Virus record (IMG/VR): IMGVR_UViG_3300017593_000402
Coordinates: 73,044 to 137,043 of that record
Reading direction: 5' to 3' (one strand)
DNA from: a virus
DNA length: 64,000 nt
Both the position numbers and the translations under genes were made by a program. Under the pieces are notes generated by a model that was not told the DNA's origin, searched no databases, and saw only the letters and a program-made list of their open reading frames with translations. This document shows positions 49,023-56,182 of the stretch, in pieces; positions within the stretch are counted from its first letter, which is position 1; each line of letters begins with the position of its first letter.

Positions 49023-49440
49023 CAAGGACGATCTTAGCTCTCCCATGAATAGAAGCTATGGTTATGCTTTCAACCTAGAAATGAATGAGGAGGAGAATGA
49101 ACGCTTTTTGGAGGCTACTGAGGGCCTGCAGGCCGAGCTTCCCAGTTTAGCGAATACGGAAGCTCGATATTACCCTGCTGAGATTATCGGGGACGGTCTA
49201 TATGTAGACGGCAAGTTTATTCTCAATCTACCTGACCAATACGCTGAGTATGGCGAAGAAGAACCACCAAAAGAGAAAGAAAAAGTCAAAGACAAAGACC
49301 TTGTGAAAGCAGGTCCTGGCCTGAACACCACGGACAAGTGGGCGATCTTTTTTGGTGACTATCTTGTCTTTGTACAAAGTAAAGATAAACCCGAAGTAAG
49401 GAAAGTAAAGGAGGTTATCAATGTTAATAATATGTCCTAG
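48961..49440 (+). CDS. Hypothetical acidic protein
   Basis: AAGGAGG RBS. Confidence 0.75.
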   Translation: MVKAQVRQTDEYFLHVQVKTDKDDLSSPMNRSYGYAFNLEMNEEENERFLEATEGLQAELPSLANTEARYYPAEIIGDGLYVDGKFILNLPDQYAEYGEEEPPKEKEKVKDKDLVKAGPGLNTTDKWAIFFGDYLVFVQSKDKPEVRKVKEVINVNNMS

Positions 49441-49537
49441 TTGTAGAAAAGGGTATCTCCATATTTACAGGGACGGGTATAAATGTCCTATCTGCGGGTA
49501 TATAGTAAAATTACTTGAAATACCCGTTAAACGCTAA
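49421..49537 (+). CDS. 38-aa Zn-ribbon protein (not in ORF track)
   Basis: MLIICPSCRKG...KCPICGY; AAGGAGG RBS; ends before a terminator. Confidence 0.65.
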   Translation: MLIICPSCRKGYLHIYRDGYKCPICGYIVKLLEIPVKR

Positions 49538-49546
49538 TTCCAAGAT

Positions 49547-49572
49547 AGGGGAGGCTTGGCCTCCCCTTTTTT
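49547..49572 (+). terminator. Rho-independent terminator
   Basis: AGGGGAGGC-TTG-GCCTCCCCT followed by a T run. Confidence 0.85.
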
Positions 49573-49588
49573 ATTACCCTTTATCAGG

Positions 49589-49628
49589 CTAGCGTAGGTT
49601 TGCAAGCGCAAAAATGGCCTGATAAAAT
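49589..49628 (+). promoter_or_regulatory. Early promoter cassette 2
   Basis: CTAGCGTAGGT-TTGCAA-17-TAAAAT. Confidence 0.7.
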
Positions 49629-49661
49629 GCAGGCAAAAAACCACGAAAGGGGGATGTAAAC

Positions 49662-50144
49662 ATGGACGACAGACCTACAAAAAGCAGGTTATACCAGTCC
49701 TTGCCGCATGGCAGCGGCATTGACCTAGACTGGTACATTGAGGAAACCCGTAAATCTTTTAGGTGCTACAACGGGTATCACTGTATGGACGAAAACGGGT
49801 TTTACGAGGGGTGGGCCGATTTTGTCTTGATAGTACCAAAAGCTAACCCGTTGGAGTTTAAGCTTCAATTCCGTGGACGCAGGAGCCAATATTTAGCCAG
49901 GAAGCATATGTTAAGAGATTATTTGGAGGACGCATTCCTATTTGCGTTAACAAGCGAATTCCCACGGTATGTCAGCGATATACCAAAACACTATGTTCTG
50001 GTGTACAATAGTCAAGATATAAGGGCGTTGGGAGTCAATCCTTGGGACTACCCACTGATATTCTACGATCCCGAAAGCGAAAGAATTTATGGGATTAAAA
50101 ACAACGTGGCTTATTTGAATTTACCTGTAGTAAGGGTAAAATGA
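49662..50144 (+). CDS. Hypothetical protein
   Basis: LPHGSGID..YHCMDENGFYEGW motif seen in phage early genes. Confidence 0.7.
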   Translation: MDDRPTKSRLYQSLPHGSGIDLDWYIEETRKSFRCYNGYHCMDENGFYEGWADFVLIVPKANPLEFKLQFRGRRSQYLARKHMLRDYLEDAFLFALTSEFPRYVSDIPKHYVLVYNSQDIRALGVNPWDYPLIFYDPESERIYGIKNNVAYLNLPVVRVK

Positions 50145-50155
50145 AAACGTTTTCA
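50142..50155. repeat. 14-bp palindrome overlapping a stop codon
   Basis: Exact copy. Confidence 0.95.
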
Positions 50156-50176
50156 CTAGACTGGGAGGAATTAGAT

Positions 50177-50398
50177 ATGGCACGATTTCAGGGAATAGTT
50201 GAAACTGATAGGGCAAAGAGGACTAGCCGACTAGCGAACAAGTGGGGGACGGTTCAACTAAATACATGGGATAAGGGCGTCCTTGTGGAGGCCCAATACA
50301 ACGACACTACAAAGCAGATAATTTTTTCAGTATGGGAAACTGGGGGGAGCAATTACCCCAGGCCCAAGAAACTGTTAGCTAGAATAGAGGAAGGCTAG
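50177..50398 (+). CDS. Hypothetical protein
   Basis: MARFQG start after GGGAGG. Confidence 0.7.
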   Translation: MARFQGIVETDRAKRTSRLANKWGTVQLNTWDKGVLVEAQYNDTTKQIIFSVWETGGSNYPRPKKLLARIEEG

Positions 50399-50411
50399 TG
50401 TAGGTTTGCAA
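50395..50411 (+). repeat. Third CTAGnGTAGGTTTGCAA copy without a good -10
   Basis: CTAGTGTAGGTTTGCAA. Confidence 0.7.
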
Positions 50412-50482
50412 CCAAGGTCTGCTAAAGCGGTAACTCCATGTCACTAGGGAGGGCCTAGTAGCTCAAAGGCCTAGGTTCTCCC

Positions 50483-50517
50483 GTAGGTTTGCAATAGTTT
50501 TTCGCCTGTGTTAAAGT
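50483..50517 (+). promoter_or_regulatory. Early promoter cassette 4
   Basis: GTAGGT-TTGCAA-17-TAAAGT. Confidence 0.6.
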
Positions 50518-50584
50518 ACAACCAAAACATCGGCAATAACCTTGCCTTGCGAGGGCCGATGAATAGTAAAGGAAGGAGCTAGGT

Positions 50585-50857
50585 ATGGAATTGGTGATTA
50601 AAGGTGTAAGGACTCTGGTTAAGAACGGAGATAGGAAAAGCGAATTGGACGAAGGTAAGCTTGTAGTGGATTTAGAAAACAAAACGTTAATATACGGAAA
50701 AAAGAAGATAGAACTAGAAGGGATAGAAAAGGAAAAATCAATTCATTACCTCTGGGTGCAGGTATTTAGCAATGATGGGAATGTTACCTTTTCGGGTAAC
50801 ATGCTAGAATACAAGCGGAAAAAGAAACAGACCAAAAAATCAAACAGCCTTCTATAG
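50585..50857 (+). CDS. Hypothetical protein
   Basis: AAGGAG RBS; followed by a terminator. Confidence 0.7.
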   Translation: MELVIKGVRTLVKNGDRKSELDEGKLVVDLENKTLIYGKKKIELEGIEKEKSIHYLWVQVFSNDGNVTFSGNMLEYKRKKKQTKKSNSLL

Positions 50858-50866
50858 CCTGCCTTG

Positions 50867-50904
50867 ACTCCCTAGGGTATCGGACACCTAGGGAGTGTTT
50901 TTTT
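50867..50904 (+). terminator. Rho-independent terminator
   Basis: ACTCCCTAGG...CCTAGGGAGT plus T run. Confidence 0.8.
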
Positions 50905-50957
50905 AAGGGCGTGGGCGATTTTTATCAACCCTCCCATACGAAATGTAAAAAGTAAAA

Positions 50958-51235
50958 GTGAAAATGTTTTCACATACAAAATGTAAAAAATGAAAGTGAA
51001 AATATTTTCACGCACAAAATAAAAATGAAAACGTTTTCACTCGCTCAGTGGGAGTGTTTCCAGAAAAAATAAAGTGAGAATATTTTAGGTTGCGAGTGAA
51101 AACGTTTTCACTCATAAAAAATAAATTAGAAGGTGAGGTTGTTCCAGGAATTTATTAAGTGAAAATATTTTCACTGTTGAAGATGTTTTTAGTTTTTGAG
51201 AGTGTGGTTATCCACAAAAGTGAAAATATTTTCAC
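50958..51235. repeat. Cluster of six RTGAAAAYRTTTTCAC palindromes plus degenerate copies and one DnaA-box match
   Basis: Copies start at 50958, 50996, 51025, 51096, 51159 and 51220; TTATCCACA at 51208-51216. Confidence 0.92.
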
Positions 51236-51268
51236 TTTGAAATAAAAAAGTTTTAGTCAAATTTTTTC

Positions 51269-51297
51269 TTGACAGTAATATAAGGTTGTGTTATATT
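51269..51297 (+). promoter_or_regulatory. sigma70-like promoter for the operon containing the RAMP-like gene
   Basis: TTGACA-17-TATATT with TG extension. Confidence 0.75.
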
Positions 51298-51343
51298 ACT
51301 GTCCAAAAAGTAGATGTGAAATGTATTGAAAGGAGGGAGTGTT

Positions 51344-51580
51344 ATGGCAACGATTTTGGTATGCGACCTTTGTGGTAGTAAGCAAAGTGTGAAAAGGTGT
51401 TCTTGGACGATTGATCGAGAGACGGATGCCGCAGGAAGCGCAGACGATGTTTTTATGAATGTAGATTTATGTTTGAAATGCGAAAATCGGTTACTTAGAC
51501 GAGTCATTGATAGTCTAATAAAGGATGAAATAGAGTTCGGTAAAAGGATGTGGGATGAATATAGAAATATTCTTAGGTAA
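51344..51580 (+). CDS. Zn-finger hypothetical protein
   Basis: CDLC...DLCLKC; AAGGAGG RBS. Confidence 0.7.
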   Translation: MATILVCDLCGSKQSVKRCSWTIDRETDAAGSADDVFMNVDLCLKCENRLLRRVIDSLIKDEIEFGKRMWDEYRNILR

Positions 51581-51597
51581 TTAATTATGAAGGGAGT

Positions 51598-51840
51598 GTG
51601 CCAATGGATGCAACGAAAGAGTTAGAAAAGGTAAAGGTTACTCCAGATCAAGAAGCCTGGCTTAAGGAAAGGATAGAAACAGCAATTCAGATGGCAATGT
51701 CATTGAAACAAGCTAGGGAAGTTCAAGCAGACTACTATGCTTATACGTACGGTTTAGATGGCGTGATTGAAGGAACTGCGCTTGAAATTATTCACCTGCT
51801 TGGTCTGGAGCCTGCTTATGTAAATTTGAGACGAAAATGA
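51598..51840 (+). CDS. Hypothetical protein
   Basis: Operon-packed ORF. Confidence 0.65.
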   Translation: MPMDATKELEKVKVTPDQEAWLKERIETAIQMAMSLKQAREVQADYYAYTYGLDGVIEGTALEIIHLLGLEPAYVNLRRK

Positions 51841-51872
51841 ATGTAACTTTATATAGTTTTAAGGAGGTAAAG

Positions 51873-52298
51873 ATGAAAAAATACAAAAAGAAGCCAGTAA
51901 TAGTAAAAGCAGAGAAATGGGCAGGGGAGTTTACGCCTGAGCTTTTGGAAGCATTGAAAGCAAGCGATCGTCGGTTTGCCAAAGCTAGCAATGGAGACTT
52001 ATTAATTTCGACTTTGGAAGGTACTATGCGAGCAGCTAAAGGAGACTATATCATCTTTGGTGTTAATAATGAACCTTATCCTTGTAAACCTGATATTTTT
52101 ATGAAAACTTATGAGAGGGTTGGAGAAGATGAGTCGCCTAAAGTTTGGAGGGTGGCTGTTCTTCTAAAGAAAGACTCGAATGAGTGTGATTTTAGGTACC
52201 GCATTTTAAGACCCCAGTATTATAGCAAAAAATGGTATTGCGGTAAGCTCAGTGGTACTCAGGAATGCACATACGAAAATTGTCCATTTAAGCTATAA
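51873..52298 (+). CDS. PGDYG-like phage protein
   Basis: KKPVIVKA..TLEG..GDYII..YPCKPDIF..TYE. Confidence 0.75.
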   Translation: MKKYKKKPVIVKAEKWAGEFTPELLEALKASDRRFAKASNGDLLISTLEGTMRAAKGDYIIFGVNNEPYPCKPDIFMKTYERVGEDESPKVWRVAVLLKKDSNECDFRYRILRPQYYSKKWYCGKLSGTQECTYENCPFKL

Positions 52299-52301
52299 CA
52301 G

Positions 52302-52502
52302 ATGTATAAGCAGGAAAGAAGGATATTTGAAGGCGAAAGAATCTATGTGCGCTGTCCAAAGAGGAGGGACAAAGGTTTGATACCGATTGGGGCGTGTAAA
52401 TCATGTGCTATATATAATAGGTATGCCGTTGCCTTCGAAACCAATGGGATTGAATTAGAAATGGAGGTAGAAACATGGAAGTGCAGTTCAAAGTCTTCGT
52501 AG
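52302..52502 (+). CDS. Small Cys-rich hypothetical protein
   Basis: CPK...CKSC. Confidence 0.5.
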   Translation: MYKQERRIFEGERIYVRCPKRRDKGLIPIGACKSCAIYNRYAVAFETNGIELEMEVETWKCSSKSS

Positions 52503-52675
52503 AAAAAGAAGAATATGGACATAGCTTGATAATAGGAGAATATGCTGTGTGTCCTACTTGTAACCATGAAAGTTTGAGAAGGCACGTAAGAATAGACCTC
52601 CCTACTTTCGAGGTTACTAAACAAGATTTATTGGAAAAGTTTGAAACTGTAGTGAGGTTTTTGAGCGATGAATGA
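52475..52675 (+). CDS. Hypothetical protein
   Basis: GGAGG RBS. Confidence 0.6.
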   Translation: MEVQFKVFVEKEEYGHSLIIGEYAVCPTCNHESLRRHVRIDLPTFEVTKQDLLEKFETVVRFLSDE

Positions 52676-53003
52676 TTATTATAAATTTTTTCATTTCACA
52701 GTTACGCTTGGATTGGAATGCGGTTTGGATCATCCTATTGAGTGGGCTGTTAATGTATCTAGAACGCCTGGCGGTACTTTGTCTTCTGATTATTATAAAA
52801 GAGTAATCAAATACCTCCCTCGTTATCTAGTAGAAATATTTGAGTGCTTTTATTTGAGACGCCCTGATAACGCTAATGAAGTTTTGAGGATGTGTGACGA
52901 TCATTATCCAGAAGGACATTTATGTAAAGGTTATTTTTCTGCCCTGAAACCAAAAATAGAAGCTTATTTGAAGGAGAATAAAGATGGAAATATTTCATAT
53001 TGA
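52668..53003 (+). CDS. Hypothetical protein
   Basis: Overlapping operon ORF. Confidence 0.6.
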   Translation: MNDYYKFFHFTVTLGLECGLDHPIEWAVNVSRTPGGTLSSDYYKRVIKYLPRYLVEIFECFYLRRPDNANEVLRMCDDHYPEGHLCKGYFSALKPKIEAYLKENKDGNISY

Positions 53004-53178
53004 TTTAGAAAAAGTGGAAAATAGGTGTATTGCTGATCCTTCTTTTTATTCGATAGTCAGCTATTTAGTTAAGTTAATTTTGTCTAAACAGGTGGAGCCT
53101 GTGGATTTGTTTGGAGGAGCTGTCCTTGCTGCAAAAATAGCAGAGACACTGTTAGAGAAGAAACCTTTGACTAATTAG
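52984..53178 (+). CDS. Hypothetical protein
   Basis: AAGGAG RBS. Confidence 0.6.
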   Translation: MEIFHIDLEKVENRCIADPSFYSIVSYLVKLILSKQVEPVDLFGGAVLAAKIAETLLEKKPLTN

Positions 53179-53187
53179 GAGGGAAAT

Positions 53188-53541
53188 ATGTATCTATATA
53201 AATACGAGAAACCTTATTATGTTCTTTGTGAAGATGGGGTAGAGACATGGAGAGGCAAAGAAGTAGCTGTAGCTTTTTCTTACCATCCCAATGAAGCTGT
53301 TTTGTATAAACATGGTGATCCTGAGTTGGTAGAGAAATGGTATCGTGAAATCCTTCGTAGGTTTCGGTTAGTGGCTAATCAATTTATTAAATTTTCTACT
53401 TTTGAAGAGGAAGTAAAGTTTTGGCAGGATGAATTGGAGAGTATCAAGCTTATAAGAGGTAAATTTCCTGTAGATGAGTTGAATAAGTGTTTGAGTATTT
53501 CTGGGTATATCGGGAGGTTTTATGAGCGACTTCAAGATTGA
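53188..53541 (+). CDS. Hypothetical protein
   Basis: GGAGG RBS. Confidence 0.65.
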   Translation: MYLYKYEKPYYVLCEDGVETWRGKEVAVAFSYHPNEAVLYKHGDPELVEKWYREILRRFRLVANQFIKFSTFEEEVKFWQDELESIKLIRGKFPVDELNKCLSISGYIGRFYERLQD

Positions 53542-53704
53542 TTTTCTTGAATATATTGTAAAAGATATATTGGGAGTGGCTCAATCAGAAAAGTGGAAAG
53601 CTAGTGACCAAGTAGCTTCTATCCACGCTGTGTGGATGGAAATTGGACGTAGATTAGGTAAGGAGATGGATAAAATAAGAAAGATGGAAAGAAATGAAAA
53701 GTGA
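53522..53704 (+). CDS. Hypothetical protein
   Basis: GGAGG RBS. Confidence 0.6.
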   Translation: MSDFKIDFLEYIVKDILGVAQSEKWKASDQVASIHAVWMEIGRRLGKEMDKIRKMERNEK

Positions 53705-53716
53705 GAGGAGGTTTTT

Positions 53717-54328
53717 ATGAAAAAATTGGTAGAGTTAGAGGAAAGATTTAATGTAAAAATTAGGTTGTTGGAGCCTTTACTAGGCACGGTTCCTAAAGAC
53801 CAAGAAGTATATAAAAGGTTTATAGCAAGCAAGGCTCCTGACCCTGAAGGAGGAGAAGAAGAGACTGAGACTGTGGTGTCAGTAGAAGAGAAAGGCTGGA
53901 CTGGATTCCATAAGGACGAGAAAGGATTATTTATCTATAATTACATGATTAAAGGCTTTCTTAAAGCCGCTTGTGAAGTGTGTATGAGTGCAGGAGCATT
54001 AGATAAGATTTCAGCATATAAAAAATGGATTGACTTAGTTGTTTTTATCGACCCTCGACGGATTTATTTCGGCAAATACGAACCTGATGGGTGTCTTGAA
54101 AGACCTTTGCGGACTTTAACGCCTAAAGGCCCAAGAGTTAGTGTTTGCAGAAGTGATTATATAAAAGAAGGTACTGAAATAAATTTTATGGTTCGGATTC
54201 TGAAGAATAAGGCAGGGATTGACCAAGTTGCGATAGAACAAATGCTTGACTATGGCCAGTATGTTGGTCTTGGTCAATGGCGAGGTTCAGGAGGTTATGG
54301 AAGATTTGAAATAGTAGAGATAACGTGA
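53717..54328 (+). CDS. Stand-alone RAMP/Cas7(Csm3)-like protein
   Basis: N-terminal strand VKIRLLEPLLG, IKGFLKAA helix, and C-terminal Gly-rich loop GLGQWRGSGGYGRFEI, all RAMP hallmarks; no cas operon or CRISPR nearby. Confidence 0.8.
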   Translation: MKKLVELEERFNVKIRLLEPLLGTVPKDQEVYKRFIASKAPDPEGGEEETETVVSVEEKGWTGFHKDEKGLFIYNYMIKGFLKAACEVCMSAGALDKISAYKKWIDLVVFIDPRRIYFGKYEPDGCLERPLRTLTPKGPRVSVCRSDYIKEGTEINFMVRILKNKAGIDQVAIEQMLDYGQYVGLGQWRGSGGYGRFEIVEIT

Positions 54329-54329
54329 T

Positions 54330-54592
54330 AGTGGCGTTATGTTAGGTGTGGGTGTGGTTCAGTAGACCGAAGTTTCGGTTCAGTGAAGTTCAGTTGAGGC
54401 AAGGCAAAGTAAATTTTAGTCAAGGTATAGTCGAGTTTAGTTGAGGTATTGCTCAGTAACGTTCTGGCAATGTAGCGTGCGAAGTAAAGTTTGGGAATAG
54501 TACTGTATCTTCAGGCACAGGTAAGGTATCGCAAAGCCTTGGAACAGTATCGCATATTTTGGCAAAGGTAAGGCACTGTATGGCTGCGGTGA
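54330..54592 (+). ncRNA. Non-coding NGY-NN pentamer array (candidate guide RNA) directly downstream of the RAMP-like gene
   Basis: 50 units parsed by hand; 46 have G at position 2 and 43 are NGY; grouped into mostly 21- or 26-nt blocks; stops in all three + frames. Confidence 0.7.
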
Positions 54593-54613
54593 ACAAAAGG
54601 AGGTGAGTAATTT

Positions 54614-54949
54614 ATGAAAGTTCTATCAACAGGTCCGTTGGAGTCTCGGTTACAGGTTTTACCTGGGTTACGTGAAAGGAGAGGAGTTCTCTATATAGAT
54701 TTTAATTTTTATATGGAAAACTCACATATAGTAGGAGAGGTGTTTCATAAGTTAAACATAGTTCCAATTCAAGTTAGTACTAATTTAGCTGTTGAGAAAG
54801 TATTCGTTTATTTTGTGAGTCCTTTGTTAGACAAAACTCCTTTAGGGTACAGACCACCTATGTTTGAGGTTGAGATTGAAACTGATGACGGTACATATAT
54901 TAAAAATGTAAAATTAGTAGAAAGAGAGGTTGATAGGTATGAAATGTAA
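54614..54949 (+). CDS. Hypothetical protein
   Basis: AAGGAGGTG RBS. Confidence 0.7.
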   Translation: MKVLSTGPLESRLQVLPGLRERRGVLYIDFNFYMENSHIVGEVFHKLNIVPIQVSTNLAVEKVFVYFVSPLLDKTPLGYRPPMFEVEIETDDGTYIKNVKLVEREVDRYEM

Positions 54950-55349
54950 GATTGAGATTAAAATAGATTTGGAAGAAAAAACTTATGACGTGGATGTTTC
55001 GCCTGACCTTCCAGGGCACTTGTTGGTTTACAAAAATTTAGGGAAAATAGCCCTCCTTCATGCTTTGAAAAACCTTGACTATGGTGACGGAAACCCTCTC
55101 GGTAATTTCAAATTTTCTGAAGAAATTACAGGGGTCCCAGCTTGGAAAGGAGCTTTAGTAAGACTAACTGATAAATGGGGACGTATTAAGTCTATTGTGA
55201 AAAGAAAGGACGAAAAAACTTATGTTGATGAAAGCCTTGATGAAACTCTTCTAGATAACGCTGTTTATAGTCTTATAATTTTGGCACTGAGAGCGAAAGA
55301 AAACAAAAATATGTTTGAAGATGATCTTGATGAAGTATATTATCCGTAA
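54930..55349 (+). CDS. DUF1599/nucleotide-modification-associated helical protein
   Basis: KNLDYG..NF..VRLTDKWGR..DESLDETLLD..VY. Confidence 0.7.
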   Translation: MIGMKCKIEIKIDLEEKTYDVDVSPDLPGHLLVYKNLGKIALLHALKNLDYGDGNPLGNFKFSEEITGVPAWKGALVRLTDKWGRIKSIVKRKDEKTYVDESLDETLLDNAVYSLIILALRAKENKNMFEDDLDEVYYP

Positions 55350-55357
55350 TTTTGGAG

Positions 55358-55371
55358 TGAAAACGTTTTCA
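55358..55371. repeat. 14-bp palindrome just upstream of an RBS
   Basis: Exact; AGTG...CACT flanks. Confidence 0.95.
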
Positions 55372-55387
55372 CTTTTAGGAGGGAATT

Positions 55388-55735
55388 ATGAGAAAAACTG
55401 TGGATTGGGAAGAGCTAGCCAAATCACGAGGGTTTAAGGACCCTAAGCAGCTTATTATTGAGTTATATTATAATCAAAATTTGGGTGACCAAGAAATAAG
55501 CGATATGTTAGGGATTAGTAGACCTACTTTTCAAAGGTGTTTGAAGAGTTATAATTTGCCTGCAAAAGGTGCTATGCTTTCTAAATATATAGCAGGACCT
55601 CCTTGTCCTAAGTGCGGAAGCACAAAAGCTAGAACGATATATTCCAAAGCTCATAGTTATGGTTTTAAACGAATTAAGGTATGTCGTGATTGCAAAAACA
55701 GATTTGTTACTGTTGAATATATCAAAGAAGAGTAG
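55388..55735 (+). CDS. HTH plus Zn-ribbon putative transcription regulator
   Basis: DQEISDMLGISRPTF (HTH); CPKC...CRDCKNRFVTVE. Confidence 0.7.
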   Translation: MRKTVDWEELAKSRGFKDPKQLIIELYYNQNLGDQEISDMLGISRPTFQRCLKSYNLPAKGAMLSKYIAGPPCPKCGSTKARTIYSKAHSYGFKRIKVCRDCKNRFVTVEYIKEE

Positions 55736-55760
55736 ACTTTTTGTATATATTTGTTATAAT
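55733..55760 (+). promoter_or_regulatory. Promoter upstream of the packaging/late operon
   Basis: TAGACT-16-TATAAT with TG extended -10. Confidence 0.5.
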
Positions 55761-55786
55761 CCAGGCATAAAGGCGGTGCCTGGATT

Positions 55787-56182
55787 ATGATAGAGCAGTC
55801 TATCTCTTTAATAAGAAAATTTGAAACTTATCGAAAATTTCCGAGCCGAAATAAGTTCGGATTTTTGAGGATAGGGTATGACCATCCTTTGTGCCTTTCT
55901 GAAAGAAAGGCTTTTCTTTTGCTTAAAGAAGATATTCAGTTTATTTCTGAGCTTCTCAAACAAGAAGGCCTTCCTGTTAATCCAGGCTTAATTTCTCTTA
56001 TTCATCAAATTGGGATAATTACCTTTAAGAAATCCAAACTGAGAAAGGCTTTAGAATCTGGAGATTTTGAAGCCGTGAAAAAGGCTTTTATGTCCTGGTC
56101 TAAGATAAACGGAGTAACGGACCCCGAATTGTATCAACGAAGGGCAAACGAACTGGCTTATTTGGAAAATGGCGCTGCATAG
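55787..56182 (+). CDS. Phage lysozyme-like (GH24) protein with divergent active site
   Basis: LIRKFE...IGYDH...FKKSKLRKAL..FMSW..L.QRRANE. Confidence 0.65.
   Translation: MIEQSISLIRKFETYRKFPSRNKFGFLRIGYDHPLCLSERKAFLLLKEDIQFISELLKQEGLPVNPGLISLIHQIGIITFKKSKLRKALESGDFEAVKKAFMSWSKINGVTDPELYQRRANELAYLENGAA

Noticed and set aside
50958-51235. Palindrome cluster as a CRISPR array
   Set aside because: Repeats are only 16 bp, spacing is irregular (29-71 bp), spacers are A-rich and low in complexity, and the same motif occurs singly inside genes.
54398-54444. Array NN code targeting the TGAAAACGTTTTCA palindrome (gapped TG.AA.CG.TT.CA)
   Set aside because: The best blocks (AA AA AA TT CA; AT CG TT TG) match only in part; not convincing without a systematic search.
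54330-54592. Pentamer tract as a protein-coding repeat or a canonical CRISPR
   Set aside because: Stops occur in all three + frames, the track has no ORF of 60 aa or more on either strand, and there is no constant 25-40 bp repeat.
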